This document shows, piece by piece, positions 18,330-28,030 of a stretch of DNA of 64,000 bases. Made by a program: the position numbers and the translations under genes. The notes beneath the pieces were generated by a model, which had not been told where the DNA came from, ran no database searches, and saw nothing but the letters and a program-made list of their open reading frames with translations. Numbering within the stretch: the stretch's first letter is position 1; each line of letters starts with the position of its first letter. Origin of the DNA: Candidatus Moraniibacteriota bacterium (GTDB taxonomy: Bacteria; Patescibacteriota; Minisyncoccia; Moranbacterales; UBA1568); contig JAGOBM010000001.1 of the NCBI GenBank assembly GCA_017983435.1, positions 47,916-111,915 on the forward strand, read 5' to 3'.

Positions 18330-19067
18330 ATGCTATCACCTCTATCTCTATCACCATCGAACGAGAGCGCTACGCCGACGCTTCCGGTGCGGACGCTGGT
18401 ATCGGTCAGGCATCTGAGGAAAGAATACGCTCCGCGAGGCGGGGTGCCGGTCACCGCTTTGGCCGGTGTGGATCTGGATATCCTTATGGGTGAGTTCGTG
18501 GCGATCACTGGTCACTCCGGATCAGGGAAGAGCACGCTCCTGCATCAGATCGGACTCTTGGATGAGCCGACGAGCGGGAGTATCTTTATCGCCGGCAAGG
18601 ATGTTGCCGCGTTTTCCGAGGCGATGCGGACGGATTTCCGTCTCCGTTCGCTCTCGTTTGTGTTCCAGTTCTTCAACCTGATCGAGCATTATACGGCCCT
18701 GGAAAATATCACCTTTCAGCTGCGCTTGCAGGGGTATGGCATGCGCGACTCCGATGCCAAGGCTCAAGAAATCCTCAATTTCCTCGGATTGGCGGATCGG
18801 GCGGATCTCTTGCCGAAGGAGTTGTCCGGTGGCGAGCAGCAGCGTATCGCTATCGGACGGGCGCTAGCGAAGGATTCCTTGCTCCTGATTGCCGATGAGC
18901 CGACCGCCCATCTGGATTCCAAGAACGCTGAGATCATCATCGATCTGTTGAAACATGTGAACAAGGAGTTCGGGAAGACGATCGTGCTCGTGACGCATGA
19001 GCCGGAAGAAGCCCGGCAGGCTGATCGGATCATTGAGTTGCGGGACGGGAAGATTATCCGGGGGTGA
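18330..19067 (+). CDS. ABC transporter ATP-binding protein (MacB/LolD-like).
   Basis: GHSGSGKSTLL, LSGGEQQR, LLIADEPT. Confidence 0.85.
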   Translation: MLSPLSLSPSNESATPTLPVRTLVSVRHLRKEYAPRGGVPVTALAGVDLDILMGEFVAITGHSGSGKSTLLHQIGLLDEPTSGSIFIAGKDVAAFSEAMRTDFRLRSLSFVFQFFNLIEHYTALENITFQLRLQGYGMRDSDAKAQEILNFLGLADRADLLPKELSGGEQQRIAIGRALAKDSLLLIADEPTAHLDSKNAEIIIDLLKHVNKEFGKTIVLVTHEPEEARQADRIIELRDGKIIRG

Positions 19068-20671
19068 TGCGATTTTGCTCCGTGGATGCTATACTAGGAG
19101 AGATAGAATCTATGCTGGGATCTTGGTGGAAATTCATTCTTGTGCTTCTTGCGGGCATCGTTCTGGCCGTTGTTTTCTTTTTCAGAGATGAGCTCTTTGG
19201 TCGATCTGTCGCGATCATGGGCGGTGAGCTGGTCGAGCTGGTCGATGGTCGTCGTTCGGTGCGGATCAGTGGTGCCAAATTGGTACCGGTCAGTGAATAT
19301 TCGCTGTCCGCTCCGTATGCTGCCAAGGTGGACTCAATCCTGGTGGATGAAGGCGATGTCGTGGGTGCGGCCGGATCAGGCGTGCTCAAGCTGGATACTG
19401 CCGAGCTCGAGCTCGAGTTGAAAAAATACGAGTCATTGCTGGCGCGCGAACGCACCATCGTCGAGAAGCTCCGGCAGGGCACGCGCTACGAAGAACTCGT
19501 GATCGTGCAGCAGCAGAAGAAATCAGCTGAGTCATCCAAGAAGACCATCGGGCAGTCAGCAGTACAGGCGTTGTACAGCGCGTTCGTCCAGGCGGATGAT
19601 GCCATCAGGAACCAGACTGACCCGATGTTCTCTGATCCTGAAGGATCAGACCCACAGCTCTCTTTCGCCGTGGCGGATACCGATCTTGAAGCGGAGATCG
19701 AGAAGGACCGGGAAGCGCTTTCTGGACGATTGCGTGACTGGAAAGATCTCGTGAGCGATATCAAAGCCGGCGATGATTTGGAAAAGCGTTTTGAGAAGAC
19801 CGAATCGAATCTGCGTGCTGTCCGGGAATATCTGGATGAAGTGGCATTGGCGGTCAATAGCTTGTCAGCCGGGGCGGTCTCGCAGTCGACTATCGATGCC
19901 TGGAAGGCGGCGACACTCGTGGCTCGATCCGATGTCGAAGCGGCCGCTGCTGCGATGAGTGAATCCCGATCGGGGTATGCAACTGCCAAGCAGGGAGTAC
20001 TCGTCGCGACCCGCGAGTTGGATCTGCGCATCGCGGGTACCGATAAGCAGGATATCGAGGTGGCGCTGAACGCTGCTGACGCCGCGCGTACCCAGATGGA
20101 GATCATCGCAGAGCGACTGAGGCAGGCGACTGTTTCGACGCCGGAGAATAATCTGCTCGTGAAGAGGATTATTCCGGAGAGAGGTGAATTCATGACGGCC
20201 GGGCTGCCGGTAGCGATCGTGGCGAGTCCGGATATGGAGATCGAAGCGGATGTCGCGGAAGAAGATCTGCGTGGCATCGAGATAGGGAGCGAAGTGCTGT
20301 TGCGGCTGACCGCGTTTCCTGATCAGGACGTACATGGAAAGATTTCCGAAATCGAGGGACAGGAGATCGAGCGGGAAGGCAGCGTCTATTTCAGAGTGCA
20401 TGCCGCGATCGATACGGCGGCGCTCGGGTCAAAACTGAAGCTGCGCTCCGGTATGACTGGCGATCTGGTCGTCGCGACCCGCGAGACCGGGAAGATCATT
20501 CTGGTGCCGAAGCAGCTGGTCTCGTATCGTGATGGGAGAAGTTTTGTGCGAGTAGTGTCTCTGGATACTGGATCGATACGGGAAAAGATGATCGAGACCG
20601 GTATGGCGCAGGGCGAGGATGTGGAAGTGCTTTCCGGTGTCAGTGTCGGAGAACGGATAGTCAGAGAATAG
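19064..20671 (+). CDS. Periplasmic adaptor/membrane-fusion protein of the HlyD/MacA family.
   Basis: N-terminal TM, long coiled-coil, beta-barrel C-terminus; coupled to the ABC genes. Confidence 0.65.
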   Translation: MMRFCSVDAILGEIESMLGSWWKFILVLLAGIVLAVVFFFRDELFGRSVAIMGGELVELVDGRRSVRISGAKLVPVSEYSLSAPYAAKVDSILVDEGDVVGAAGSGVLKLDTAELELELKKYESLLARERTIVEKLRQGTRYEELVIVQQQKKSAESSKKTIGQSAVQALYSAFVQADDAIRNQTDPMFSDPEGSDPQLSFAVADTDLEAEIEKDREALSGRLRDWKDLVSDIKAGDDLEKRFEKTESNLRAVREYLDEVALAVNSLSAGAVSQSTIDAWKAATLVARSDVEAAAAAMSESRSGYATAKQGVLVATRELDLRIAGTDKQDIEVALNAADAARTQMEIIAERLRQATVSTPENNLLVKRIIPERGEFMTAGLPVAIVASPDMEIEADVAEEDLRGIEIGSEVLLRLTAFPDQDVHGKISEIEGQEIEREGSVYFRVHAAIDTAALGSKLKLRSGMTGDLVVATRETGKIILVPKQLVSYRDGRSFVRVVSLDTGSIREKMIETGMAQGEDVEVLSGVSVGERIVRE

Positions 20672-20688
20672 CTGAACTGATTGATGCT

Positions 20689-21312
20689 ATGGAATACTTG
20701 TGTCGGGAGGCGAATGGAGTAGCGGAAAGAACGGAGGCTCGGGCTATCGTGCTCGCCGAATACGCCCGGAGCGGATATATCTCCCAGGAAGATGCGCAAG
20801 CGGGTATCGCCGGTGTGTTGCCGAGCGATGCGGCTGTCGATTCGCCCGCCAGCACGACGCTGGTGATCCCCTCCGGGGAGCGTATCGTCGGTACGGTTTC
20901 AGTTGTTTTTGATTCGCCGGTCGGGTTTCCGATGGACAGCCTGTATCATGATGAGCTCGAGGCGCTTCGGAAGGACGGTCATCAGCTGGCTGAGGTCGTG
21001 CAATTGGCGACCGATCAGGATTTTGTGGCCGGCTTGCCGGGTATCGGCGGAGGGTTGGCGCTGATCCTCCCTCTTTTTCAGGGGGTGTTGCAGCTCGGAA
21101 AAGAGCGGGGAGTGGATGGTTTCTGTATCACTGTCAATCCGAAACATGACCGATTTTATGCCGAAATAGGCTTCGTGCCTCTTGGCCCAGAACGGCAGTA
21201 TGAAGCTCTCGGAGGGGCTCCGACTCTGCCGAAGATACTCTACTGGCAGTCGATCCTGGAGCATTCGGACCAACAAGGCCCCCTTTCCCGTTTACTCACA
21301 GATGCGGTATGA
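20689..21312 (+). CDS. GNAT-fold acyl-ACP-dependent N-acyltransferase-like protein (OlsB/N-acyl amino acid synthase/LuxI-like).
   Basis: C-terminal GVDGFCITVNPKHDRFYAEIGFVPLG resembles PF13444-type acyltransferases; a PlsC-like gene follows directly. Confidence 0.4.
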   Translation: MEYLCREANGVAERTEARAIVLAEYARSGYISQEDAQAGIAGVLPSDAAVDSPASTTLVIPSGERIVGTVSVVFDSPVGFPMDSLYHDELEALRKDGHQLAEVVQLATDQDFVAGLPGIGGGLALILPLFQGVLQLGKERGVDGFCITVNPKHDRFYAEIGFVPLGPERQYEALGGAPTLPKILYWQSILEHSDQQGPLSRLLTDAV

Positions 21313-21328
21313 TGAGACACAAGAAAAT

Positions 21329-22030
21329 ATGCGTAGAGATACCCGTACAACCGTAGTGATAGGCCGATGGCGCGCGATGGCGAGCAATCGGGTGATTTTT
21401 CTGGTGCAGCTGGCTTCATATTTCATCCTCTATCTCCCTCTGCTCATCTTTTTCCGTTCGCATCGTCTGCTTTCAGGCAATATCCGGCAGCTTGATCGCG
21501 GGGCGCTCCTGATCGCGAATCATCAGTCGATCGCTGATCCGTTCATCGTGATGGGTAATCTCCCGTTTTCAGTCTTCATCCGGCTTTTGCCAGTCCGCTT
21601 CCCGACCGATCATGATTATATGCAGTTGCCGGTGACTGGTCAGCTCCTCCGATTCTTCGGGTGTTATGATGTCGGGGCGACGCCGCGATTGCGGATGTGC
21701 ACGCTGCTTAAGACCTGTGATCTCCTGCGTTCCGGGGAGACGGTGTTCTTGTTTCCGGAAGGCTCGATCGCTCGCTCCGAGATGAAGGAGTTCAATCGGG
21801 GTATAGAATTTTTCATCCGTGAGTCCCGGTCGGTAGTCTTTGTCCGCATGGACGGATTCAATGAACCGATCGCGGATCATATCATCGAGACTGGGCGGAC
21901 GCTCTGTTATGGGGAAGTGCGGAGTGCCGACGATCTTGAGCACGACGCTCGTTCTCTCCGGGAGTCCTTCGATTTTTTGACGGGACATACCGAGAGCGTC
22001 GGATGGCAGCCTTCAAACCAAGAAGCCTAA
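21329..22030 (+). CDS. Lysophospholipid/lyso-aminolipid acyltransferase of the PlsC/OlsA-like family. Start ambiguous between 21302 and 21329.
   Basis: HXXXXD motif NHQSIAD and FPEGS block. Confidence 0.7.
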   Translation: MRRDTRTTVVIGRWRAMASNRVIFLVQLASYFILYLPLLIFFRSHRLLSGNIRQLDRGALLIANHQSIADPFIVMGNLPFSVFIRLLPVRFPTDHDYMQLPVTGQLLRFFGCYDVGATPRLRMCTLLKTCDLLRSGETVFLFPEGSIARSEMKEFNRGIEFFIRESRSVVFVRMDGFNEPIADHIIETGRTLCYGEVRSADDLEHDARSLRESFDFLTGHTESVGWQPSNQEA

Positions 22031-22051
22031 TCATATATCTGAGGTACCTCT

Positions 22052-22915
22052 ATGGAACAGGAAGCCATGACCTATTTTCGTGAGGCATTCGCACGAAATA
22101 TTGGTATTCTCACGATTGAAGAGCAGGAGAAACTGCGTTCATCGACGATAGCCATCGCTGGACTCGGTGGTGTCGGTGGAGCGCATGCACACGGGTTCGC
22201 TCGTATGGGAGTCTGCCGTTTCCATCTGTCGGATCTGGATATCTTCGAGACCGTGAATATCAATCGGCAGTTCGGAGCGAATCGTGATACGTTTGGGAAA
22301 CCGAAAGTGCTCATGGTTCGCGACCAGGTCTTGGCGATCAATCCGTATGCTGAGATTGAAATATTTGAGCAGGGATTCTCGGAGGCCAATGCGGAAGAGT
22401 TTTTTCGGGGAGTCGATCTGGCTATCGATGGGCTGGATTTCTTCAGTATCGATGCGCGTCGCATATATTTCCGGGAAGCGCGCAAGCGGGGGATACCGGT
22501 CGTTACCGCTGCCCCGATCGGATTCGGATCAGCCGCTTATGTCTTCACTCCGGAGGGGATGAGCTTCGATGAGTATTTCGATCTGCACGACGGTCTGGAA
22601 AAGAAAGAGCTGCTTTTCCGGTTCGCGATCGGTCTGGCTCCGGCGATGCTGCAGCGGAAGTATTTCCGACCGACCACTATCGATTTCGATGATCATGCTG
22701 CTCCATCCATCGTATCGGGGATATTGGCAGCCGCGTCGATAGCGACCACGTTCGGTGCTCAGGTGCTGCTCGGGAAACCGATATCGGCCGCGCCGCATTC
22801 GATTCATTTCGATCCGTACGTGTTGCGTTATCGGCAGGTCTATCTTCCTTTCGGCAATCGTTCTCCTTGGAGACGGCTCATCCGTGAGATCGCTCGGAGA
22901 CTGTATCTGAAATAA
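22052..22915 (+). CDS. ThiF/MoeB/E1-like adenylyltransferase-fold protein (ThiF/HesA/TcdA-like).
   Basis: Rossmann motif IAGLGGVGGAHAHGFARMG. Confidence 0.75.
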   Translation: MEQEAMTYFREAFARNIGILTIEEQEKLRSSTIAIAGLGGVGGAHAHGFARMGVCRFHLSDLDIFETVNINRQFGANRDTFGKPKVLMVRDQVLAINPYAEIEIFEQGFSEANAEEFFRGVDLAIDGLDFFSIDARRIYFREARKRGIPVVTAAPIGFGSAAYVFTPEGMSFDEYFDLHDGLEKKELLFRFAIGLAPAMLQRKYFRPTTIDFDDHAAPSIVSGILAAASIATTFGAQVLLGKPISAAPHSIHFDPYVLRYRQVYLPFGNRSPWRRLIREIARRLYLK

Positions 22916-22923
22916 GACTGGAT

Positions 22924-23562
22924 ATGGAAGTTGCTTTTTCCCTGCCGGCGGATATTGATGGAGACTGGTTTGCGGAGGATGAGCCGGCTCTGTGGCCGGA
23001 GCTGACTGCGGACAAGCGCGTCGCCCGCATGCTCGGGAGGATCGCAACCAAGAAGGCTACCGTTCAGTATCTTCAGCAGGAAGGTATAGTCTGTGCGCCG
23101 AGGTCCGTGGTGGTACACAACGATGCTCTCGGTGTGCCTTTTGTTTCAGTTGATGCCGTGACTCGAGAGGATATCCGGATCAGCCTGAGTCATGAGAGCG
23201 CGGGAGCGGTGGCAGCAGTAGGCTCATCGGCAACGCCACGGTTCGGAGTCGATATCGAACGTATCCGATCTTTTGATGCTCGCTTTCAGGCGGATTTTCT
23301 CTCCCCGGAAGAACAGCAGATAGTGGCGATACTGCCAGTAGCTGAGCAGTCTCATGCTCTGACGCGGTATTGGTCGATCAAGGAAGCCTGTCTCAAGGCG
23401 CTCGGGACCGGTCTGCGAGAACATCCACATACGCTCTCGGTACGGGATATCGATCCGGGGAAATACGGGATTTTTCGTGCAGACAGGCTGATCGGGGAGG
23501 GGAGCGAGCTCCCAGTGCCGATAGCGGGGCGGATCGCGGTCATCGTGCATCTTTCGGAATGA
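22924..23562 (+). CDS. 4'-phosphopantetheinyl transferase, Sfp/EntD type.
   Basis: FGVDIERI and WSIKEACLKALG motifs. Confidence 0.75.
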   Translation: MEVAFSLPADIDGDWFAEDEPALWPELTADKRVARMLGRIATKKATVQYLQQEGIVCAPRSVVVHNDALGVPFVSVDAVTREDIRISLSHESAGAVAAVGSSATPRFGVDIERIRSFDARFQADFLSPEEQQIVAILPVAEQSHALTRYWSIKEACLKALGTGLREHPHTLSVRDIDPGKYGIFRADRLIGEGSELPVPIAGRIAVIVHLSE

Positions 23563-23595
23563 TACGCTATACTGGGCGCGATAAGCTTTTTAAGC

Positions 23596-23841
23596 ATGAA
23601 ATTACGTATGAGTACCGATCTACTGCAGCGCGTGCAGACGCTAGTATCGAGAGTGACGGGCAAGGATGCTAAGATGATTCAGCCCGAGATGAAAATTGAT
23701 GACCTGGTCACCGATTCGATCGAGCTCTTCCGGTTGATTATGGCTTTTGAGGAGGAGTTCAAGCAGAGGGCTGATTATAAGGAATTGATGAAAATAGAGA
23801 CGGTCGCCGATATCGTCGCGTATCTGGGTCGTCTCCGTTAA
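23596..23841 (+). CDS. Acyl carrier protein.
   Basis: Ser attachment motif DDLVTDSIELFRLIMAFEEEF; 81 aa. Confidence 0.7.
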   Translation: MKLRMSTDLLQRVQTLVSRVTGKDAKMIQPEMKIDDLVTDSIELFRLIMAFEEEFKQRADYKELMKIETVADIVAYLGRLR

Positions 23842-23868
23842 TGTTGCGATACAAAAGAGCGTCTTGCA

Positions 23869-23898
23869 GCATCCCTCCTGATCGGAGGGATTTTTTTT
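23869..23898 (+). terminator. Intrinsic terminator after the ACP gene.
   Basis: CATCCCTCCtgatcGGAGGGAT followed by T9. Confidence 0.7.
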
Positions 23899-24009
23899 TC
23901 GAGCAGACTGGCTTCTATCGGCGCTCGTTCTGCGATATCTGGCGGCTTTCGTCAACGGTGTCGGCCATCCGATTGTGCGCTATCATGAAGGGGATAATCC
24001 TTTCTGCGT

Positions 24010-25086
24010 ATGTCAGGAACATTGACGAGACATCCGGTCGCTCAGGCCCTCGAGCATTCACTCGGGATGTTTGTCGTGACGGATCGTGACGGAGTGGCGC
24101 TCTATGCCAATGACGGAGCGGCTCGCCGCACCGGCTATGCGGTCGCTGAAACGGTCGGCAAGAAGCCAGGGAAGCTCTGGGGCGGCCATATGCCACGCGC
24201 GTTTTATGACCATCTCTGGGAGACGATCGATGCTGGACAGCCGATCGTGGCCGATCTTGAGAATCAGCGCAAGGACGGACGTCTCTATGCCGAGCGGGTG
24301 CATATCGCACCGATACTTGGTACTGGTCGAGAACCGCAATTCTTCATCGCTGCGCAGCCGTTCCACCTCGAGAGCGCGGAGGCACTCGATCGTTTCGGTG
24401 TTGAATTCAGGTGGTTCTTCTCGACCGGCACAAAAATATCCGATCTCCGTTTCATCGAGTGGATCAATCGCTGGTTCACAGCTGAGCGCGATCCGGAGGG
24501 AAATCATTCTTCTGGTTCGACAGCGGGCTTCATCGAGAGCGAGCTAGTCGATCCGCTCCGCGAGCGGTTCGCTGCCCGCGAGGAAGACCGGGTGCTGATC
24601 GAAGCGGCGCAGGCGGATGCCCGGGAGTTTCGGGAGCTCTACGCCAAGTATCAGGATCTGGTACGGCAGTACTTCCTCCGGCATCTCCGCTATGATCGCG
24701 ATGTGGCGGATGACCTGACGCAAGACACCTTCTATCGGGCTCTCTCGTATCTCCCGGGCTTCACCGCGACCAACGCTTCCTACGGGACCTATCTCCTCCG
24801 GGTCGCGCACAATCTCCTCGTCAATCACTATCGGAAAAAGAAGACGCTCGGCCTGTTTGACGAGCGCATCGCGAGCGAGGTAAGCGGAGTCGCCGCGCCC
24901 GAGCCGCTTTCCGTGTGCCAGATTTTTGATTCGCCGCTCCTGCGTCCGGCTGAGCGCCGCATCCTGTCGATGAAATACCAGGAGGGATTCGCGGTGCAGG
25001 AGATAGCCGCTCTGCTCGGTACTTCCGAGAATGCGGTCAAGCTTCGGCTCTCTCGTGCCCGGAAGCGTCTGCGGGGCCTACTGTAA
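24010..25086 (+). CDS. ECF-type sigma-70 factor with an N-terminal PAS-like sensor domain of about 180 aa.
   Basis: Region 2 (DLTQDTFYRALSYLPGF) and region 4 (RILSMKYQEGFAVQEIAALLGTSENAVKLRLSRARKRL) at the C-terminus; PAS-like N-terminal half. Confidence 0.65.
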   Translation: MSGTLTRHPVAQALEHSLGMFVVTDRDGVALYANDGAARRTGYAVAETVGKKPGKLWGGHMPRAFYDHLWETIDAGQPIVADLENQRKDGRLYAERVHIAPILGTGREPQFFIAAQPFHLESAEALDRFGVEFRWFFSTGTKISDLRFIEWINRWFTAERDPEGNHSSGSTAGFIESELVDPLRERFAAREEDRVLIEAAQADAREFRELYAKYQDLVRQYFLRHLRYDRDVADDLTQDTFYRALSYLPGFTATNASYGTYLLRVAHNLLVNHYRKKKTLGLFDERIASEVSGVAAPEPLSVCQIFDSPLLRPAERRILSMKYQEGFAVQEIAALLGTSENAVKLRLSRARKRLRGLL

Positions 25087-25325
25087 GAGGGGATTTCGAC
25101 TTTTTTTTGAACCCATAATCCGCACAGCAGCCGGTCTGCTTCGCGGGTTTTTTGTGTGATGACACCTTTTGCTGTCTCAAGTGTTTGTATAGATGTACTG
25201 GCCGGATCCCAGAAAGGGCCGAGGCCGAAGGAGATGGATGGAGATGTGCGCTGTCGCTTCGGCGAAGCGTCTTTTCTTCCCCCTAAATGCCGTTCGTAAA
25301 TACCATAAGATAAGCTCTACGCACT

Positions 25326-27524
25326 ATGCCGGTCTACAAAATACAGAAGCGCAACGGGTCGATCGTGGATTTCAATCTCGAGAAGATAGAGGAGGCGATC
25401 AGTCATGCGGCGGCCGCGACCGGCAAGCACGACGAAATCGTCGCGCAGGTGCTGGCAGCCGATGTCTATGCCCGGCTCGAGGAGGAATTCGCCGACCGGA
25501 TTCCGGCCGTCGAGGAAGTGCAGGATATCGTCGAAGATATGCTCATTCAGTACGGTTACGCCGAGACCGCCAAGGCCTATATCCTCTATCGGCAGAAGCG
25601 CCGCGAAGCGCGCGAAGAGAAGAACGTCGTGGTCGAGGTGGAGAAGGCGATCCGTGAGTATCTCGAGAAACTCGACTGGCGGGTCAATGCCAATTCGAAT
25701 CAGGGCTACTCGCTCGGTGGCATGATCCTCAATACCGCCGGCAGCGTCATCGCGAACTACTGGCTCTCGCATATCTATCCGAAGGCGGTCGGCGACGCGC
25801 ATCGCAATGGGGACTATCATATCCATGATCTCGATATGTTTTCCGGCTACTGCGCCGGCTGGAGCCTGCGGGTATTGCTCGAGGAGGGTTTCAACGGCGT
25901 GCCAAACAAGATCGAATCGGCGGCTCCGAAACATCTCTCATCAGCCGTCTCGCAGATGGTCAATTTTCTCGGGACGCTTCAGAACGAATGGGCGGGCGCG
26001 CAGGCTTTCTCAAGCTTCGATACCTACCTCGCTCCGTTCGTGAAGAAATACGAGCTGGAGCTTCGGGAAGATATCGGCCGCTATGGCATGGCCTTCACAG
26101 ATGACGCGGCTCGTGAGCGCTATGTCGTTGAGAAGGTCTACGAGTACACGCATCAGAATATCCAGTCTTTCGTTTTCAATCTCAATATCCCGTCGCGTTG
26201 GGGGACGCAGACACCATTTACAAATATCACGCTCGACTGGGATGTGCCGGAAGACATGCGCGAGAAGCGTCTTGTGCTCGGCGGCGAGCCTTTTGCTTAT
26301 ACCTTCGGCGAGCTCCAGCCTGAGATGGATGTCATCAACCGCGCTTTTATCGAAGTGATGTCCCGCGGCGACCGCAAGGGGCGCACCTTCACCTTTCCGA
26401 TTCCGACCTACAATATCACCAAGGATTTCGATTGGGCCGACGAGAAGAATCTGCCGCTCTTCGAGATGACTGCCAAGTACGGCACGCCGTATTTCCAGAA
26501 CTTCGTGAATTCAGAGCTCAACCCGGGCGATGTCCGTTCCATGTGCTGCCGGCTCCAGCTTGATCTCCGAGAGCTCAGGAAGCGCGGTGGCGGTCTCTTT
26601 GGCTCGGCTGAGATGACCGGTTCGATCGGCGTTGTCACGATCAACGCAGCCCGGCTCGGCTATCTCTATCGCGGGGACAAGGAGAAGCTCTTCGAACGGC
26701 TCGGCTACCTGATGGAGCTCGCCAAAACATCGCTCGAGATCAAGCGCGAGGAGATACAGAAATGGATCGACCGAGGACTCTTCCCGTATACGAAGCGCTA
26801 TCTCGGTTATCTACGCAATCACTTCTCGACTATCGGTGTGAACGGTATCAACGAAGCGATCCGCAATTTCACCGAGGACCGGGAGAATATCTCGACACCG
26901 GAGGGGCAGGCCCTGGCCAAAGAGATTCTTGATTTCATGCGCGAGCGGATCAAAGATTTTCAGGAGGAGACGAACAACTACTACAATCTCGAAGCCACAC
27001 CAGCCGAGGGGACGACGTACCGGTTCGCCAAGGAAGACAAGAAGCGTTTCCCAGATATCATCCAGGCCGGGACCGCCGAAGCGCCCTACTATACCAATTC
27101 CTCCCAGGTACCGGTCGAGTATAGCGATGATATCTTCGAAGTGCTCGAGCTCCAGGATGAGCTCCAGCGCAAGTATACCGGCGGCACGGTGCTGCACTGC
27201 TACATGCACGAGAAGGTGAGCTCGGGCGAGGCCTGCCGCAATCTCGTCCGCTCGATACTCTCGAATTTCCGCCTGCCATATATCACTATCACGCCGACCT
27301 TCTCCATCTGTCCGAAGCACGGCTATCTCGAGGGAGAGTGGGACTACTGTCCGAAGTGCGATCACGAGCTTGGTATTGAGGACGGGGAGCGCTACGATAC
27401 GGAGCTGCACAAGACCTATCGGAGCGAGCTCGCTCGGACAGCAGTAGTCCCGAAGAAAAAACCAGTGATGAAAAAGAAGCCGATCGCCAAAAAGAAGCCA
27501 GTATCATCAAAGAATAAAAAATAA
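25326..27524 (+). CDS. nrdD: Anaerobic ribonucleoside-triphosphate reductase (class III) with ATP-cone, C-terminal Zn-ribbon and a Lys-rich tail.
   Basis: ATP-cone N-terminus, NrdD core, C-terminal CPKHGYLEGEWDYCPKC, then KKKPVMKKKPIAKKKPVSSKNKK. Confidence 0.9.
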   Translation: MPVYKIQKRNGSIVDFNLEKIEEAISHAAAATGKHDEIVAQVLAADVYARLEEEFADRIPAVEEVQDIVEDMLIQYGYAETAKAYILYRQKRREAREEKNVVVEVEKAIREYLEKLDWRVNANSNQGYSLGGMILNTAGSVIANYWLSHIYPKAVGDAHRNGDYHIHDLDMFSGYCAGWSLRVLLEEGFNGVPNKIESAAPKHLSSAVSQMVNFLGTLQNEWAGAQAFSSFDTYLAPFVKKYELELREDIGRYGMAFTDDAARERYVVEKVYEYTHQNIQSFVFNLNIPSRWGTQTPFTNITLDWDVPEDMREKRLVLGGEPFAYTFGELQPEMDVINRAFIEVMSRGDRKGRTFTFPIPTYNITKDFDWADEKNLPLFEMTAKYGTPYFQNFVNSELNPGDVRSMCCRLQLDLRELRKRGGGLFGSAEMTGSIGVVTINAARLGYLYRGDKEKLFERLGYLMELAKTSLEIKREEIQKWIDRGLFPYTKRYLGYLRNHFSTIGVNGINEAIRNFTEDRENISTPEGQALAKEILDFMRERIKDFQEETNNYYNLEATPAEGTTYRFAKEDKKRFPDIIQAGTAEAPYYTNSSQVPVEYSDDIFEVLELQDELQRKYTGGTVLHCYMHEKVSSGEACRNLVRSILSNFRLPYITITPTFSICPKHGYLEGEWDYCPKCDHELGIEDGERYDTELHKTYRSELARTAVVPKKKPVMKKKPIAKKKPVSSKNKK

Positions 27525-28030
27525 TCAGCACGCATATGACGCAGGCACACACAGCAGTCGAACGGACCCGGTGCGAGGTATGGACGAGGGTGATGGGGTA
27601 TCATCGGCCGGTCTCTCATTTCAATATCGGCAAGAAGTCCGAGCACTACTCCCGCAAGCATTTTCAGGAGACCGTCGTAGCCAACCATGATTTCTGCCGG
27701 AAGTACGCCGAAGCTGGATGCTGAAATCGCCGATGAGGGTACGCGGAGACATTCTTTGGAAGTTTCGATCGACCATGTTTCTGAGGATCGCTTTGTTTCC
27801 GACGCAAGCGCCGCTAGAAAATTTCCGTGGCCTGAGCGCAGCATAAGGTAACAGGAAATTTCCTCGGCGCGGCGTTGTGAAACAATCGATACCAGAAGCG
27901 GTCGGGCGGGGCTTTCAAAGAGTGTCTCGCGCGATTTTGTAGAGCCATTCTGTCTTGTTCCTCTGAATTTTTTCTGGCTGCCGCCAGTCATCTCTTCGGA
28001 AAGTTTGTTTATGTGTAGCTTATTTCTTCT

